Source: Nitrospinales bacterium (GTDB taxonomy: Bacteria; Nitrospinota; Nitrospinia; Nitrospinales; VA-1). Taken from it: a DNA stretch of 64,000 nucleotides. The translations under genes and the position numbers were made by a program. The notes below the pieces were generated by a model. The model searched no databases and was not told the DNA's origin. It saw nothing but the letters and a program-made list of their open reading frames with translations. Positions 48,639 through 58,353 of the stretch are shown one piece after another (position 1 is the stretch's first letter; each line of letters starts with the position of its first letter). Where the stretch lies: assembly GCA_965223345.1 (NCBI GenBank), contig CBDCWG010000012.1, positions 3,301,286-3,365,285 on the forward strand, read 5' to 3'.

Positions 48639-49628
48639 ATGCCTGATCTATTTATCAAACCGCCTCATATCAAAAACGAAGCCGGTGAGACCCGCAGCGT
48701 GGGTTTCGAGATTGAGTTCGCTGCGCAAGACTGCGTCGCAATAGCCCGAAAAGTAGCGGATCTGTTCGGCGGCAACCTGGAAAAGGAGAATCCGCATTAT
48801 TATAAAATCCGGAACTCCAGGCTCGGCGATTTTTCCGTGCAACTCGACACGCAAATTGCGCATCCTGAAAATTCAGACAAAAACCAAATTTCAGAAAGCG
48901 AACTGGAACATTTCTTGAAGTACGAGGCCTTGCAAACCTTGTGCGAAATCATCGGGGATCTTGGAAAAGCCGTGGTGCCCTATGAGGTGATCACCCCTCC
49001 CATTCCTGTGGACCGGCTCGCAGACCTGAACACGCTGATCGGCGGCCTGATCGATCTGGGCGTGGAAGGAACGGACGAATCGCTGTTTTATGCTTTCGGG
49101 GTGCACATCAACCCGGAAGCCCCCTCTCTCAAGGTCGATTCCATACTCGCCCATTTGCGCGCCTTTGTTCTTTTGAGCGACTGGCTGCAGGAAAAGATAC
49201 AGGTGAACATCACGCGGAAAATTTCTCCCTATATCAACGCGTTCCCGCGTTCTTACTGCGTGAAGATCCTGGATGCCGGTTACCGGCCCAGCATGGAAGA
49301 GTTCATCGATGATTACCTTGCAGACAATCCGACGCGCAACCGGGAGCTGGATCTTTTGCCCCTGCTCACCCACATCGATCGGGAACGGGTGCAGAGCCAA
49401 CTGGACGACACGCTGACATCCGCACGCCCCACCTATCATTACCGCCTGCCGGATTGCCGGTTGAACGATCCGGGCTGGAGTCTGAGCAAAGAATGGAATC
49501 TCTGGGTCGAGGTGGAGAAACTGGCCGCCAACGAAGATTCCCTGCAAACGCTGAGTCTGAAATACATCGACCTCTTTGGAGAGGATATTCTGGCAAACTG
49601 GATCGCCGAACTGAGAAAGCAATTCTGA
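48639..49628 (+). CDS. Putative amidoligase (COOH-NH2 ligase) family protein
   Basis: R.VGFEIEF, P.EV.TPP, AFG.H.NPE, NPTRNR.LDLLP and RPTYHYRLP motifs. Confidence 0.85.
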   Translation: MPDLFIKPPHIKNEAGETRSVGFEIEFAAQDCVAIARKVADLFGGNLEKENPHYYKIRNSRLGDFSVQLDTQIAHPENSDKNQISESELEHFLKYEALQTLCEIIGDLGKAVVPYEVITPPIPVDRLADLNTLIGGLIDLGVEGTDESLFYAFGVHINPEAPSLKVDSILAHLRAFVLLSDWLQEKIQVNITRKISPYINAFPRSYCVKILDAGYRPSMEEFIDDYLADNPTRNRELDLLPLLTHIDRERVQSQLDDTLTSARPTYHYRLPDCRLNDPGWSLSKEWNLWVEVEKLAANEDSLQTLSLKYIDLFGEDILANWIAELRKQF

Positions 49629-49774
49629 TCCATTGGTCTCGCCCCGCTTCAAAGTGTGAATGGGGGCCGCCTGTTCCCGGATCGATCCGGCCCGGGCGCA
49701 GCGCAAGAATCGGATTGCGGCAAACCGGGCCGGGGTTTAGATTGGAGACGGTCCTATAACAGGGAGTTCGCCGC

Positions 49775-50641
49775 ATGTCACTCAGCGACTTGAAGGAACG
49801 GTCTTTGGATTATCAGCGCATCGAGCGGGCCATCCGCAATCTGGAGGAAACCGCGATGCAGCAGCCCGACCTGAAACAGCTCGCGGCCAGTCTGAACCTG
49901 AGCGAGTTTCATTTTCAGCGGTTGTTCAGCCGCTGGGCCGGTGTCAGCCCGAAACGGTTTCTGCAGTTTTTGACGCTCGATCACGCCAAGTCCGTGCTGG
50001 CCGAATCGAAGAACCTTCTGGACGTGACACTGGATGCGGGGCTGTCGAGCGTCAGCCGGCTGCACGACTTGTTTCTGCAGTGCGAAGCCGTGACGCCGGG
50101 GGAATACAAAAACCGCGGGCAGGGGTTGACGATTGCGTACGGCTTCCATCCGAGTCCTTTCGGTGAATGCCTGATCGCCGCGACGCAGCGGGGAATCTGC
50201 GGGCTCACCTTCCTTCAACAGGAAGATCGCGAGGATGCGCTGGCGAACCTCAACCGCCGCTGGAGCCAGGCAACACTGAAAGAAAACTCCAGAGACACGC
50301 GCCCGTTTCTCGAACGGATCTTCAACACGGATTGGAACGCCCGCAGCCCGCTGTATCTTTTTGTCAAGGGCACCAACTTCCAGATCAAGGTGTGGGAAGC
50401 GCTGATACGCATCCCGCAGGGCAGCATGGTTTCCTACAATGACGTGGCCCGCCACATTGGCATGCCCAAGGCCTCCCGCGCGGTCGCCAATGCGGTCGCC
50501 CACAACCCGATCCAGTATCTCATTCCCTGCCACCGGGTGATTCAGAGCATGGGCGCGTTCGGCGGCTACCAGGGCGGCCCGGACCGCAAAAAAGCCCTGC
50601 TCGCCTGGGAAGCGGCGCAGACCGTAACTGACCCCGCCTGA
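49775..50641 (+). CDS. AraC-HTH / O6-methylguanine-DNA methyltransferase fusion (Ada-like, lacking the N-terminal Zn domain)
   Basis: S..HFQRLF.RWAGVSPK, GT.FQ..VW.AL..IP, RAV..A and active-site IPCHRV. Confidence 0.92.
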   Translation: MSLSDLKERSLDYQRIERAIRNLEETAMQQPDLKQLAASLNLSEFHFQRLFSRWAGVSPKRFLQFLTLDHAKSVLAESKNLLDVTLDAGLSSVSRLHDLFLQCEAVTPGEYKNRGQGLTIAYGFHPSPFGECLIAATQRGICGLTFLQQEDREDALANLNRRWSQATLKENSRDTRPFLERIFNTDWNARSPLYLFVKGTNFQIKVWEALIRIPQGSMVSYNDVARHIGMPKASRAVANAVAHNPIQYLIPCHRVIQSMGAFGGYQGGPDRKKALLAWEAAQTVTDPA

Positions 50642-50873
50642 TCCGGATCCACCGCACACCCGCTTTGTTTTGCATGCGAACCCGCATGCCATTCCTTTTT
50701 TAAAGTGCGCGGCATCGCAGCGATGCCTTCCCCTTTTCGGCCCGCGTCGGCCCCTGAAAAACCGCACACGCTTTTTCAAATTCAGCAAGAATCGGATTGA
50801 GAGAGAAGCCCCGCGAAATACAAAATGGCTCTATAAGAATCATCATCCAAACCTATAAAAAAGGAGTGACGGA

Positions 50874-51377
50874 ATGAAACGAAAATTGCATTCACTGCTC
50901 ATCGGCTTTTTTTCACTCACACTCGCCGCAACGGCCTTCGGCCACGAACTGGGTTCCAACCACAAACCCATCGCGTTCGGTGCGGATCAGACCATCGTCG
51001 ATTTCGAAAAAATCGCCTGGGAATCCCTGGATGTGGAAGGGCTGGATCCGGGGGCGCAGATCGCTGTCATCCGCGGCGATCTGGATCGGGGTGGCAGCGA
51101 GGTGGTCATCAAGATCCCGCATGGCTACCAAGTTCCCATGCACTCGCACACCAGCGATGAGACCTACGTCTGGCTGAAGGGAGCCTACACCCTGACTTCC
51201 GAAAACGGCGAGGAGCACAAATTTGCCGGGCCCAGCTACATCGGTTTTCCCGGCAATGCGCCGAAGCACGGGTTGACGTGTGAGGCGGAGGAAGGCTGCC
51301 TGTTGTACGTTCGCTATTCGCGTCCCTTCGATATGGTGTATGAGGACCGCACCGTGGCGAGCAGCAAAACGAAGTGA
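50874..51377 (+). CDS. Exported cupin-fold (DUF4437-like) protein
   Basis: Signal peptide; P.HSHT..E...L.G and PG...H...C motifs. Confidence 0.75.
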   Translation: MKRKLHSLLIGFFSLTLAATAFGHELGSNHKPIAFGADQTIVDFEKIAWESLDVEGLDPGAQIAVIRGDLDRGGSEVVIKIPHGYQVPMHSHTSDETYVWLKGAYTLTSENGEEHKFAGPSYIGFPGNAPKHGLTCEAEEGCLLYVRYSRPFDMVYEDRTVASSKTK

Positions 51378-51653
51378 CTTTTTTTCTAGCTCTTGATCCG
51401 GTGACCCTGGTTCTGGAATCGCATCTGTTTCCTGGCCAGGGTCGCTCTTTAGATCCGATCCTGCCCTCTTTCCACCCCGGTATTTCAATCAAACGGACAT
51501 CCGTTGTAGAATGGACATCCAATTTTCAGAACCTGCAAAACCAGGAACATTCTTAATACGGGGCCTGGCGCAGGATGTTCAGCGTTTTTTCAGTTTGTTC
51601 TTCATTCCCTTTCTCCGTCTGTTCCTGCTTTCTCAAGTAAAGGGAAGACAACG

Positions 51654-52250
51654 ATGCCATCAAGCTCTATCCATCTCAGGACGGCACAATCTGGGGACGC
51701 CCCTCAGATCGCCCCGCTCATGATCGAAGCCGGGGGCGGCCTGTACGAATTCATTTTAGAGGGGTTGGGGCCGGAAGATGCGGTGTTGCGGTTCCTCGAA
51801 TTGGGGATTTCCGCGGATGAAGGGCCGTATAGCTGGAAAAACTGCCTGGTTGCTGAGCGAGACGGACATTTCGCCGGTTTTGCCAATTCTTTTCCCGCTA
51901 TCCTGAGCCGCGATCAAGAACCTGGGCCGATCCCGAAGGAGCGTTTAGCCCATTTAGCCCCTCTCAACGAAATCATGGATTGGAAAAGCCTCTTCCTCAG
52001 CACAATGGCCGTTCTGCCGAATGACAGGCGCCATGGAGTCGGACATGTTTTGCTCGAAGGCGTTCTCAGCAAGGCGATGCAGCTGGGCTTTCAGAATGTC
52101 ACCCTGCAGGTCTGGCATGGAAACGACACGGCACGCAGGTTATACGAACGCCGTGGGTTCTCTGTGGTCCGCACCGCCGTCCTGGCGCCACATTCTATGT
52201 TGCCCGAAACGCGAAGCCTGTTGATGCAATGCAGGATCGCGAAGGATTAG
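51654..52250 (+). CDS. GNAT-family N-acetyltransferase
   Basis: AVLP..RRHGVG..LL and N..A.RLYER.GF motifs. Confidence 0.88.
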   Translation: MPSSSIHLRTAQSGDAPQIAPLMIEAGGGLYEFILEGLGPEDAVLRFLELGISADEGPYSWKNCLVAERDGHFAGFANSFPAILSRDQEPGPIPKERLAHLAPLNEIMDWKSLFLSTMAVLPNDRRHGVGHVLLEGVLSKAMQLGFQNVTLQVWHGNDTARRLYERRGFSVVRTAVLAPHSMLPETRSLLMQCRIAKD

Positions 52251-52258
52251 CAGGCTGA

Positions 52259-52855
52259 TCAGATAGCGCTGGTCCGCGTCACACCGGCGGTCAGAGCGAA
52301 GCGCATGGCCTCCTCCATGCTCAAGTCCAGCGCCTTGACCGAACTGCGGGGCACCAGCACCGCATACCCGCCGATCATGTAGCTCATGGGCAGATACACC
52401 AGCACCTGGTCTTCGCCCTCGAACCCCTGGGGAAGCTTGTCGGAAGCGGCCTGGGTGACGAACCCGAGCACCTGCATGCCGGTGTTGGGCATGGTGACCA
52501 CCACGACCTGCTCGAATTCCTTCTTGCTGGTGGGCGAGAAATAGTCGAAAAAATCGCGGATCGCGCGGTAGATCGATTTGATCAAGGGCATGTGGAATAA
52601 AATCTGCTCGCCTTTGGCGAACACCCGCCGCACGACGTAGGTGTGCATCAGGACGCCAATCAGGAACACGCCCAGCAATCCGAAAGCCACGCCCATGCCC
52701 GGCCAGTACGGGCTGTCCGGCAGCAGCCAGCGCACCAGTCCGCCCATGGCGGACTCGGCGGAGACCGCGAGCCAATAGAGCAGATACAGTGTGAGGAAGA
52801 CCGGAACGATGGTGACAAACCCGGTGATTATGTTTTTACTGACAAATCGCATCAT
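52259..52855 (-). CDS. DUF502 domain membrane protein
   Basis: TG....P...T, P....IY, GFVT, VYLP and EEAM.F..TAG motifs. Confidence 0.85.
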   Translation of the reverse strand: MMRFVSKNIITGFVTIVPVFLTLYLLYWLAVSAESAMGGLVRWLLPDSPYWPGMGVAFGLLGVFLIGVLMHTYVVRRVFAKGEQILFHMPLIKSIYRAIRDFFDYFSPTSKKEFEQVVVVTMPNTGMQVLGFVTQAASDKLPQGFEGEDQVLVYLPMSYMIGGYAVLVPRSSVKALDLSMEEAMRFALTAGVTRTSAI

Positions 52856-52968
52856 TGGAGTTTTCTCCTTTTGCAAAACCGAAAACGATCGGGTTTTCTT
52901 TTCGTTTGTGTTTCAACCGGTCTCCCCCTGCCCCATGCATTTTTTCACCTCTCTGCCAGGCATCCCCC

Positions 52969-54213
52969 TCATTGCTGCTGGTTCGACGGAAGCTCGATGA
53001 CAACGGTGGTGCCGTCCTGCGGTTCGTTCGCGATACGTATCTTTCCACGATGCCGCTGGATCACCTTTCTGCAAATCGCGAGGCCGATTCCCGTGCCCTC
53101 AAACGATTTTGCGTCATGCAACCGGGTGAAAGGCTCGAAAATTTTATCGGCGTATTGCGGGTCGATGCCGATGCCATTGTCGATGACGCGGATCTCGCAG
53201 AACCCGTTTTCAAGACACGCCGCTTTCACTTCGACCCGCGGCGTGATGCCTTTTCGGTGATATTTTAGGGAATTGGATATCAGGTTCTGCAATAACTGCT
53301 GCAACTGCACCCGATCGCCTTCGAGGGTCGGGAGATCCTGGGACGAAACATTTCCTTCGTACCGGCTGATCGACGCCTCCAGATTCTCCAGAACCTCACA
53401 GAGAACCTCGTTCAAATCGACGCGCTCGAAAGACACCTCTTCCTTGCTGACCTTCGCCAGTTGAAACAGATCCTCGGTCAGCTGATACATCCGTTTCGCC
53501 GAGGACTGAGTGCGGCGCAGGAAGTCGGTTTTTTTCTCTTCCTCGATGTCGTCGGTCAGCATGCGGTCCGTGAACAGGATGATCTTGCGCAACGGTTCTT
53601 TCAAATCGTGCGAAGCCAGGTACGCAAAGTTTTCCATCTCTTCGACGTAGAGCCTGAGATTTTCTTCCGAGCGTTTCTGCTCGATGACCAGGCTGGCCAG
53701 GTTGGCTGAATAGCGGATGATCTTGATCTCATCGGCAGTCGGCGTGTGGATCTGGGTGAACGTCAGCGCGAAGGTTCCCAGCACATTGCCGTTGCAACCC
53801 AGGATGGGAGCGGATGTGCAGGCCTTCAATCCATTGGCGACCGCGAATTCCTTGTAGCCCTCCCAGCGCGGGTCGGTCTCGATGTTCTCCACCACGACCA
53901 GTTTTTTGCTGTAGGCCGCCGCTCCGCACGAACCGGCCAAAGGGCCGACGACCAGGCCACGGAACGCATCCCGCACTTCCTGCGAAAAGCAGGGCGCGGA
54001 ACCGTTGACCAGCCGGGTGCCCGAATCGTCCACCAGAAAAATCGACGGATACGCATCGGGCACCTCTCCCCGGACTCCCAGGGTGAGGGTGTCGAATATT
54101 TCCGTCAAGGATCGGCCGGAGGCCAACTTCTCCAGCACGGCGTTTTGAACTTTCAAATAGCGGTAATGCTTTTCAAAATCGATTTTGTCATCGTCTACGG
54201 GTGCGTTCAGCAT
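52969..54213 (-). CDS. Cytoplasmic GAF-domain sensor histidine kinase
   Basis: GAF (GSCG.AA, DPRW, S.PI), H-box ASHDLKEPLRKI, N box NLISNSLKY, DNGIGI and GTGIGLA. Confidence 0.92.
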   Translation of the reverse strand: MLNAPVDDDKIDFEKHYRYLKVQNAVLEKLASGRSLTEIFDTLTLGVRGEVPDAYPSIFLVDDSGTRLVNGSAPCFSQEVRDAFRGLVVGPLAGSCGAAAYSKKLVVVENIETDPRWEGYKEFAVANGLKACTSAPILGCNGNVLGTFALTFTQIHTPTADEIKIIRYSANLASLVIEQKRSEENLRLYVEEMENFAYLASHDLKEPLRKIILFTDRMLTDDIEEEKKTDFLRRTQSSAKRMYQLTEDLFQLAKVSKEEVSFERVDLNEVLCEVLENLEASISRYEGNVSSQDLPTLEGDRVQLQQLLQNLISNSLKYHRKGITPRVEVKAACLENGFCEIRVIDNGIGIDPQYADKIFEPFTRLHDAKSFEGTGIGLAICRKVIQRHRGKIRIANEPQDGTTVVIELPSNQQQ

Positions 54214-54643
54214 GTGCTTCCTCTTATAGCCCGTTCTCGCTTGAGATCGAACCGTTCAGGCGAATTTGAAAGTCTGATTCATTCCGAAATACAGGAGAGT
54301 GTTTCTACAATCAAACTGGATAGGAGCCCATTATAACCGAAAATGGCGATCGTGAGGAATCTGGAGGGAATGACCGTGCGGCACAAAAAAAGGCTCTTTC
54401 GAAACCGGCCGCCCAGTTGTTGTTACATGGCCGCTCTCTAACGGAGCCCGTTTTTGTGTATTGATGAAGAGCGCAGCCCGTTTCCGGTCCCGAAAACGGT
54501 TGCGTGCTGTCCGGGGACAACCGCCCCCTTGTGCATCAGGATAAGGGGCAGGCCGCAAAACGCCCATACCCGGATCGCGGTGTTTTCTGTAACGAAAGCG
54601 ATTTCAGGAAATCAGAGCGAAGATCGGGGCAAGACTCCCCGGT

Positions 54644-55342
54644 TCAGCCTTCGTCGCACTCGAACGTGGTTTCGGAGGTCCACTTCAGGTGGATGTATTC
54701 GGGCAGGATCGTGTTGCGGTTGATTTTGGCGTTTTTCAATTGCTTGCAGGTGATGAAGCGCACGAACTTGAGGTCGGTGCGCCTGCGGTCGAACCCCCTG
54801 CGGTCGCGGCTCCGGCGGGCTTTTTTTCTGCGGTCCATGCCTCCCCTGCGGTCGGTTCCGCGGATGTCCGCCCCCTCCAGAACGGCCCCCGTCATGATGG
54901 CGCCGTTGAAATGGGCCCGCCTGAGATCGGCGCCGCTCAAATCGGCCTTGCACAGGTTGGCTTCGCTCAGATTGGCACCCCTGAGGTCGGCGCCGCGCAG
55001 GTTGGCGCTCAAGAGATTGGCGCGGCTCAGGTTGGCCTGCCAGAGATTGGCGCCGCTGAGATCGGCTTTCGTCAGGGTCGCTTTGAAGAAATTGGAGTGG
55101 CTGAGGTTGGCGCCGCTCAGGTTGGCTTCGCTGAAGTTGGAGCCGTTGAAATCCGCTTCATTGAGGTGGGCTTCTTTTAAGATCACCCGGAAAAAATCCG
55201 TGTTCGGGAAATGCACCTTCACAAGGTCGAAGCCCGTGAGGTCTTCTCCGGCGAATCCCTTTTCCCGCAGGTGGGCGAGAACCGAGTTGTTCTCGGGAAT
55301 CTTGAGGAGCTTTTTATTTTTATCTTTTTCGGATTCCGCCAC
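54644..55342 (-). CDS. Pentapeptide repeat protein
   Basis: Tandem A(D/N)L(S/R)X repeats; Arg-rich insert near the C-terminus. Confidence 0.88.
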   Translation of the reverse strand: MAESEKDKNKKLLKIPENNSVLAHLREKGFAGEDLTGFDLVKVHFPNTDFFRVILKEAHLNEADFNGSNFSEANLSGANLSHSNFFKATLTKADLSGANLWQANLSRANLLSANLRGADLRGANLSEANLCKADLSGADLRRAHFNGAIMTGAVLEGADIRGTDRRGGMDRRKKARRSRDRRGFDRRRTDLKFVRFITCKQLKNAKINRNTILPEYIHLKWTSETTFECDEG

Positions 55343-55451
55343 GATCCATCGCCTCCCTCGAATCCATTATAAAACCAATCGAAAGGGAAAAAAACCGACT
55401 GGCAGCGAAAGGCCCAAAACAGCGGGTTTTGCAAGCGGCCCGCGACCGGGG

Positions 55452-55961
55452 TCACGGGTTCCAGGGTTTGAGACGGAAAAGCCAGCGGGGCACGTTGTTT
55501 TTATAGTCCCGATAGGATTTCCCGAAACGGCGCTCCAGATCGGGTTCCTCCCAAAAGGGAATCAGGACCACGCAACCGAGAACGAACAAGAGAAACCAGA
55601 AAAAGATCGGCCACGAACCGAACAGCAGGGACTCGCCCAAAAGCACGCACCACACACCCAGCATCATGGGGTTGCGCGTGTGGCGGTAGGGACCGAGCAC
55701 GACCAGTTTTTGCGGCGGATCGAACGGCGCCGGCGTGCCGTCTCCGTAGTCGGTGAACAAGGAAACCGTGACCCAGCAAAGATAGACGCCGGCCGCGATG
55801 AGGATCCCGCCCAGAATGGAGCGGTGTGTTTGAAAGGAGAAGGCAAAATCGGACAGCAAACTTCCCGGCCGCGAGAAAAACAGCAGCAGGCCGGGAATCA
55901 CCCCCATCACGTTCAACGGGAACAGCAAAAACGCCTTGATCAGACTGGGAGAAACTTTCAT
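55452..55961 (-). CDS. Isoprenylcysteine carboxylmethyltransferase / PEMT-like membrane methyltransferase
   Basis: GTPAP.DPP.KLV..GPY...RNPM and EEP.L..RFG..Y..Y...VPRW motifs. Confidence 0.88.
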   Translation of the reverse strand: MKVSPSLIKAFLLFPLNVMGVIPGLLLFFSRPGSLLSDFAFSFQTHRSILGGILIAAGVYLCWVTVSLFTDYGDGTPAPFDPPQKLVVLGPYRHTRNPMMLGVWCVLLGESLLFGSWPIFFWFLLFVLGCVVLIPFWEEPDLERRFGKSYRDYKNNVPRWLFRLKPWNP

Positions 55962-56246
55962 ACGGGACGATCCCTGAAATCAACTGCGGGCCTGGAATCC
56001 ATTTGATCTTCTGTTCACTATTGTATACTTCCCTCCCCTTTTTCCTCCCCGCTATTTTTTATCCGCCGGATTTTCAATGCTTTATTTTTGGAATAATCCT
56101 TGCTGTCCATTAGGGCATAAAACCATTGATTTGACTGCGGCTCCCGCTCCCTCAGGCCTGCGGCTCCCGCTCTCCCAATGCATCCCGCAGTCAACGCGTT
56201 CGGACCTTTATCAATCCCTGATTGAATCATCATTCAAGAGGAATCC

Positions 56247-57722
56247 ATGAAAAACCCGACAACGATCCATTCCCCAAACAAGACGTGTGTTCGTTTTATG
56301 CTTGCGGCCAGCATCACCGCTCTGCTTCTCATCGGCAGCGGCTGTGCCACGACGCCGGGTAACGGCATGGCACACAGCGCTTCCAAGCAAGTGGAAAACC
56401 CCAATGAAGGGGTCAACCTGAACAACCTGGGTGAGACCTACCGGGCCAAGGGCGAGTACGACAAGGCCATCGAACATTATGAAAAAGCCCTGGCCATCGA
56501 CCTGAAGAAATTCGGTCCCGACCATCCCAATGTGGCGTCCTACTGGAACAACATGGGCGTCGCCCTGAACGCCAAGGGAGAGTATGCCCGGGCCATCGGG
56601 TACTACCAGAAGGCGCTCGACAGCGACCTGAAAAACTTCGGCCCGGACCACGCACGCATCACGACATACTGGAACAATCTCGGTGAAACCTACCGGGCGC
56701 AGGGCCGATACGACAAAGCCCTCGAGCATTATGAAAAAGCGCTCGACAGCGGACTGAAAACGCTCGGCCCCGATCATCCCAACGTCGCGACCTACTGGAA
56801 CAACCTGGGCGTCACCTACAACGCCAAGGGGCAGTACGACAGGGCCGCCGAGTATCACGAAAAAGCACTTGCCAGCGGGTTGAAAAACCTGAGTCCCGAT
56901 CATCCGAACCTGGCGACGTACCGCAACAACCTGGGAGAAACCTACCGGTCCAAAGGGGATTACGACAAGGCCATCGAGCAGTTCGAGGAGGCGCTGGCCC
57001 GCGATCTCAAAACCCTGGGTCCGAACCACCCGAGCGTTGCGGTGCGCTGGAACAACATCGGCGAAGCCTGGAGAGGCAAAGGCGAGTACGACAAAGCCAT
57101 CGAGTACTACGAAAAGGCGCTCAACAACGGGCTCAAGAGTCTCGGGCCGGACCATCCGAATGTGGCGACCTTCCGCAACAACCTCGGCGTGGCCTGGGAC
57201 GCCAAGGGGCAGTACGACAAAGCCATCGCCTACTACGAGAAAGCGCTCGAGAGCGACCTGAAAAACCTGGGACCGGACCACCCGAACGTCGCCACCGACT
57301 GGAACAACCTCGGCGAGTCCTACCGGGCCAAGGGTGAAATCGACAAGGCGATCGAGTACTACCAGAAGGCGGTGCAAAGCGGCCTGAAAAGCCTGGGGCC
57401 GGATCATCCGGAGGTGGCGACCTTCTGGAACAACCTGGGCGTGGCCTACCGGTCCAAGGGTGAGAACGACAAGGCCATCCAATACTACGAAATGGCGCTG
57501 AAAAGCGACCTGAAGGCCCTGGGCCCCACACATCCCAATGTGGCCGGAGACTGGAACAACCTCGGTGTGGCCTGGAAAGCCAAGGGCAACTACGACCTGG
57601 CGCTGGAGTATTTTGAAAAGGCGCGGGCGGTGTATGAAAAAAGCGGTCTGCCGCACATGGAAAAAACCGTGGTGTCCAACATGCACGAAACCAGCAGCGA
57701 AAGGGACGGCGCGTCCCGCTGA
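56247..57722 (+). CDS. TPR lipoprotein with ~10 tandem 42-aa repeats
   Basis: Lipobox IGSGC; repeat consensus NNLG..Y.AKG.YDKAIEYYEKAL..DLK.LGPDHPNVAT.W. Confidence 0.9.
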   Translation: MKNPTTIHSPNKTCVRFMLAASITALLLIGSGCATTPGNGMAHSASKQVENPNEGVNLNNLGETYRAKGEYDKAIEHYEKALAIDLKKFGPDHPNVASYWNNMGVALNAKGEYARAIGYYQKALDSDLKNFGPDHARITTYWNNLGETYRAQGRYDKALEHYEKALDSGLKTLGPDHPNVATYWNNLGVTYNAKGQYDRAAEYHEKALASGLKNLSPDHPNLATYRNNLGETYRSKGDYDKAIEQFEEALARDLKTLGPNHPSVAVRWNNIGEAWRGKGEYDKAIEYYEKALNNGLKSLGPDHPNVATFRNNLGVAWDAKGQYDKAIAYYEKALESDLKNLGPDHPNVATDWNNLGESYRAKGEIDKAIEYYQKAVQSGLKSLGPDHPEVATFWNNLGVAYRSKGENDKAIQYYEMALKSDLKALGPTHPNVAGDWNNLGVAWKAKGNYDLALEYFEKARAVYEKSGLPHMEKTVVSNMHETSSERDGASR

Positions 57723-57743
57723 TCCGCTCTACTGCGTGTCTGC

Positions 57744-57770
57744 CCTCCCCCTCGGTTCACGAGGGGGAGG
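57744..57770. terminator. GC-rich hairpin after the TPR gene
   Basis: CCTCCCCCTCG-gttca-CGAGGGGGAGG; no clear U-tract. Confidence 0.45.
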
Positions 57771-57993
57771 CATTCACGGAGTCTCCATCTTCCCTTATGT
57801 GATCACTTTTCCAGACACCGCGGCTTCTCTCCCGCCATCCCCTCCGCCACCAGAACCCTATTTACTTATTAATAATCAAAGGGTTATAATATTTACATTC
57901 GATTTCTCGATTTGGTGTGATCCTTGCTTTCTATAAAAGGAATGTAAATGTGTGGCCCCTGAAAACAACCGGGGCGCAATCGAGCCGGGTGCC

Positions 57994-58320
57994 ATGAAAC
58001 GGATTGCCTTCATCTTATTGCTGACCCTGAGTGCCTGCAGCAGCGGGCCGGACATCGCCAACGACACGCTGCGCCGAGGCGAGACGCCGCATCGGGAGGC
58101 AGCGGTAAGCGAAACCACCTACCGCATCGGTGACTACGCCATCCACGTCGCGTCCTGGGAGACGGTGAACCGGGAATACCAGAAGGTCTGCCGCAAAAAC
58201 TGCGACAAGAGCGTGAAGGGATTCGTCAACTACTCCGCCCACGAAGTCTGGTCCATCGCCAGCATCCCCACCGTCCTGCACGAAGTCAAACACATCGTGG
58301 AAGGCAATTTCCACGAGTGA
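57994..58320 (+). CDS. Small lipoprotein with an HExxH motif
   Basis: MKR + hydrophobic stretch + LSAC lipobox; C-terminal LHEVKHIVEGNFH. Confidence 0.75.
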   Translation: MKRIAFILLLTLSACSSGPDIANDTLRRGETPHREAAVSETTYRIGDYAIHVASWETVNREYQKVCRKNCDKSVKGFVNYSAHEVWSIASIPTVLHEVKHIVEGNFHE

Positions 58321-58353
58321 CACTTTCCCATCACCCGCCTGTTTTAGAAATTC

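Noticed and set aside
48328..48744. 138 aa ORF crossing the att-like repeat as a possible integrase remnant
   Set aside because: No tyrosine or serine recombinase motifs; it reads through the tRNA-derived repeat and into the amidoligase gene.
52969..54213. Orphan GAF histidine kinase as a possible phytochrome-like sensor
   Set aside because: No PAS/PHY domains or bilin-binding DIP motif; an ordinary GAF kinase.
54504..56006. 500 aa plus-strand ORF with LRLAPLRSA-like repeats
   Set aside because: Antisense reading of the pentapeptide-repeat and methyltransferase genes.
56420..57600. Regular 126 bp DNA periodicity as a possible CRISPR or non-coding array
   Set aside because: The repeats are in-frame coding TPR units with synonymous variation and no repeat-spacer structure.
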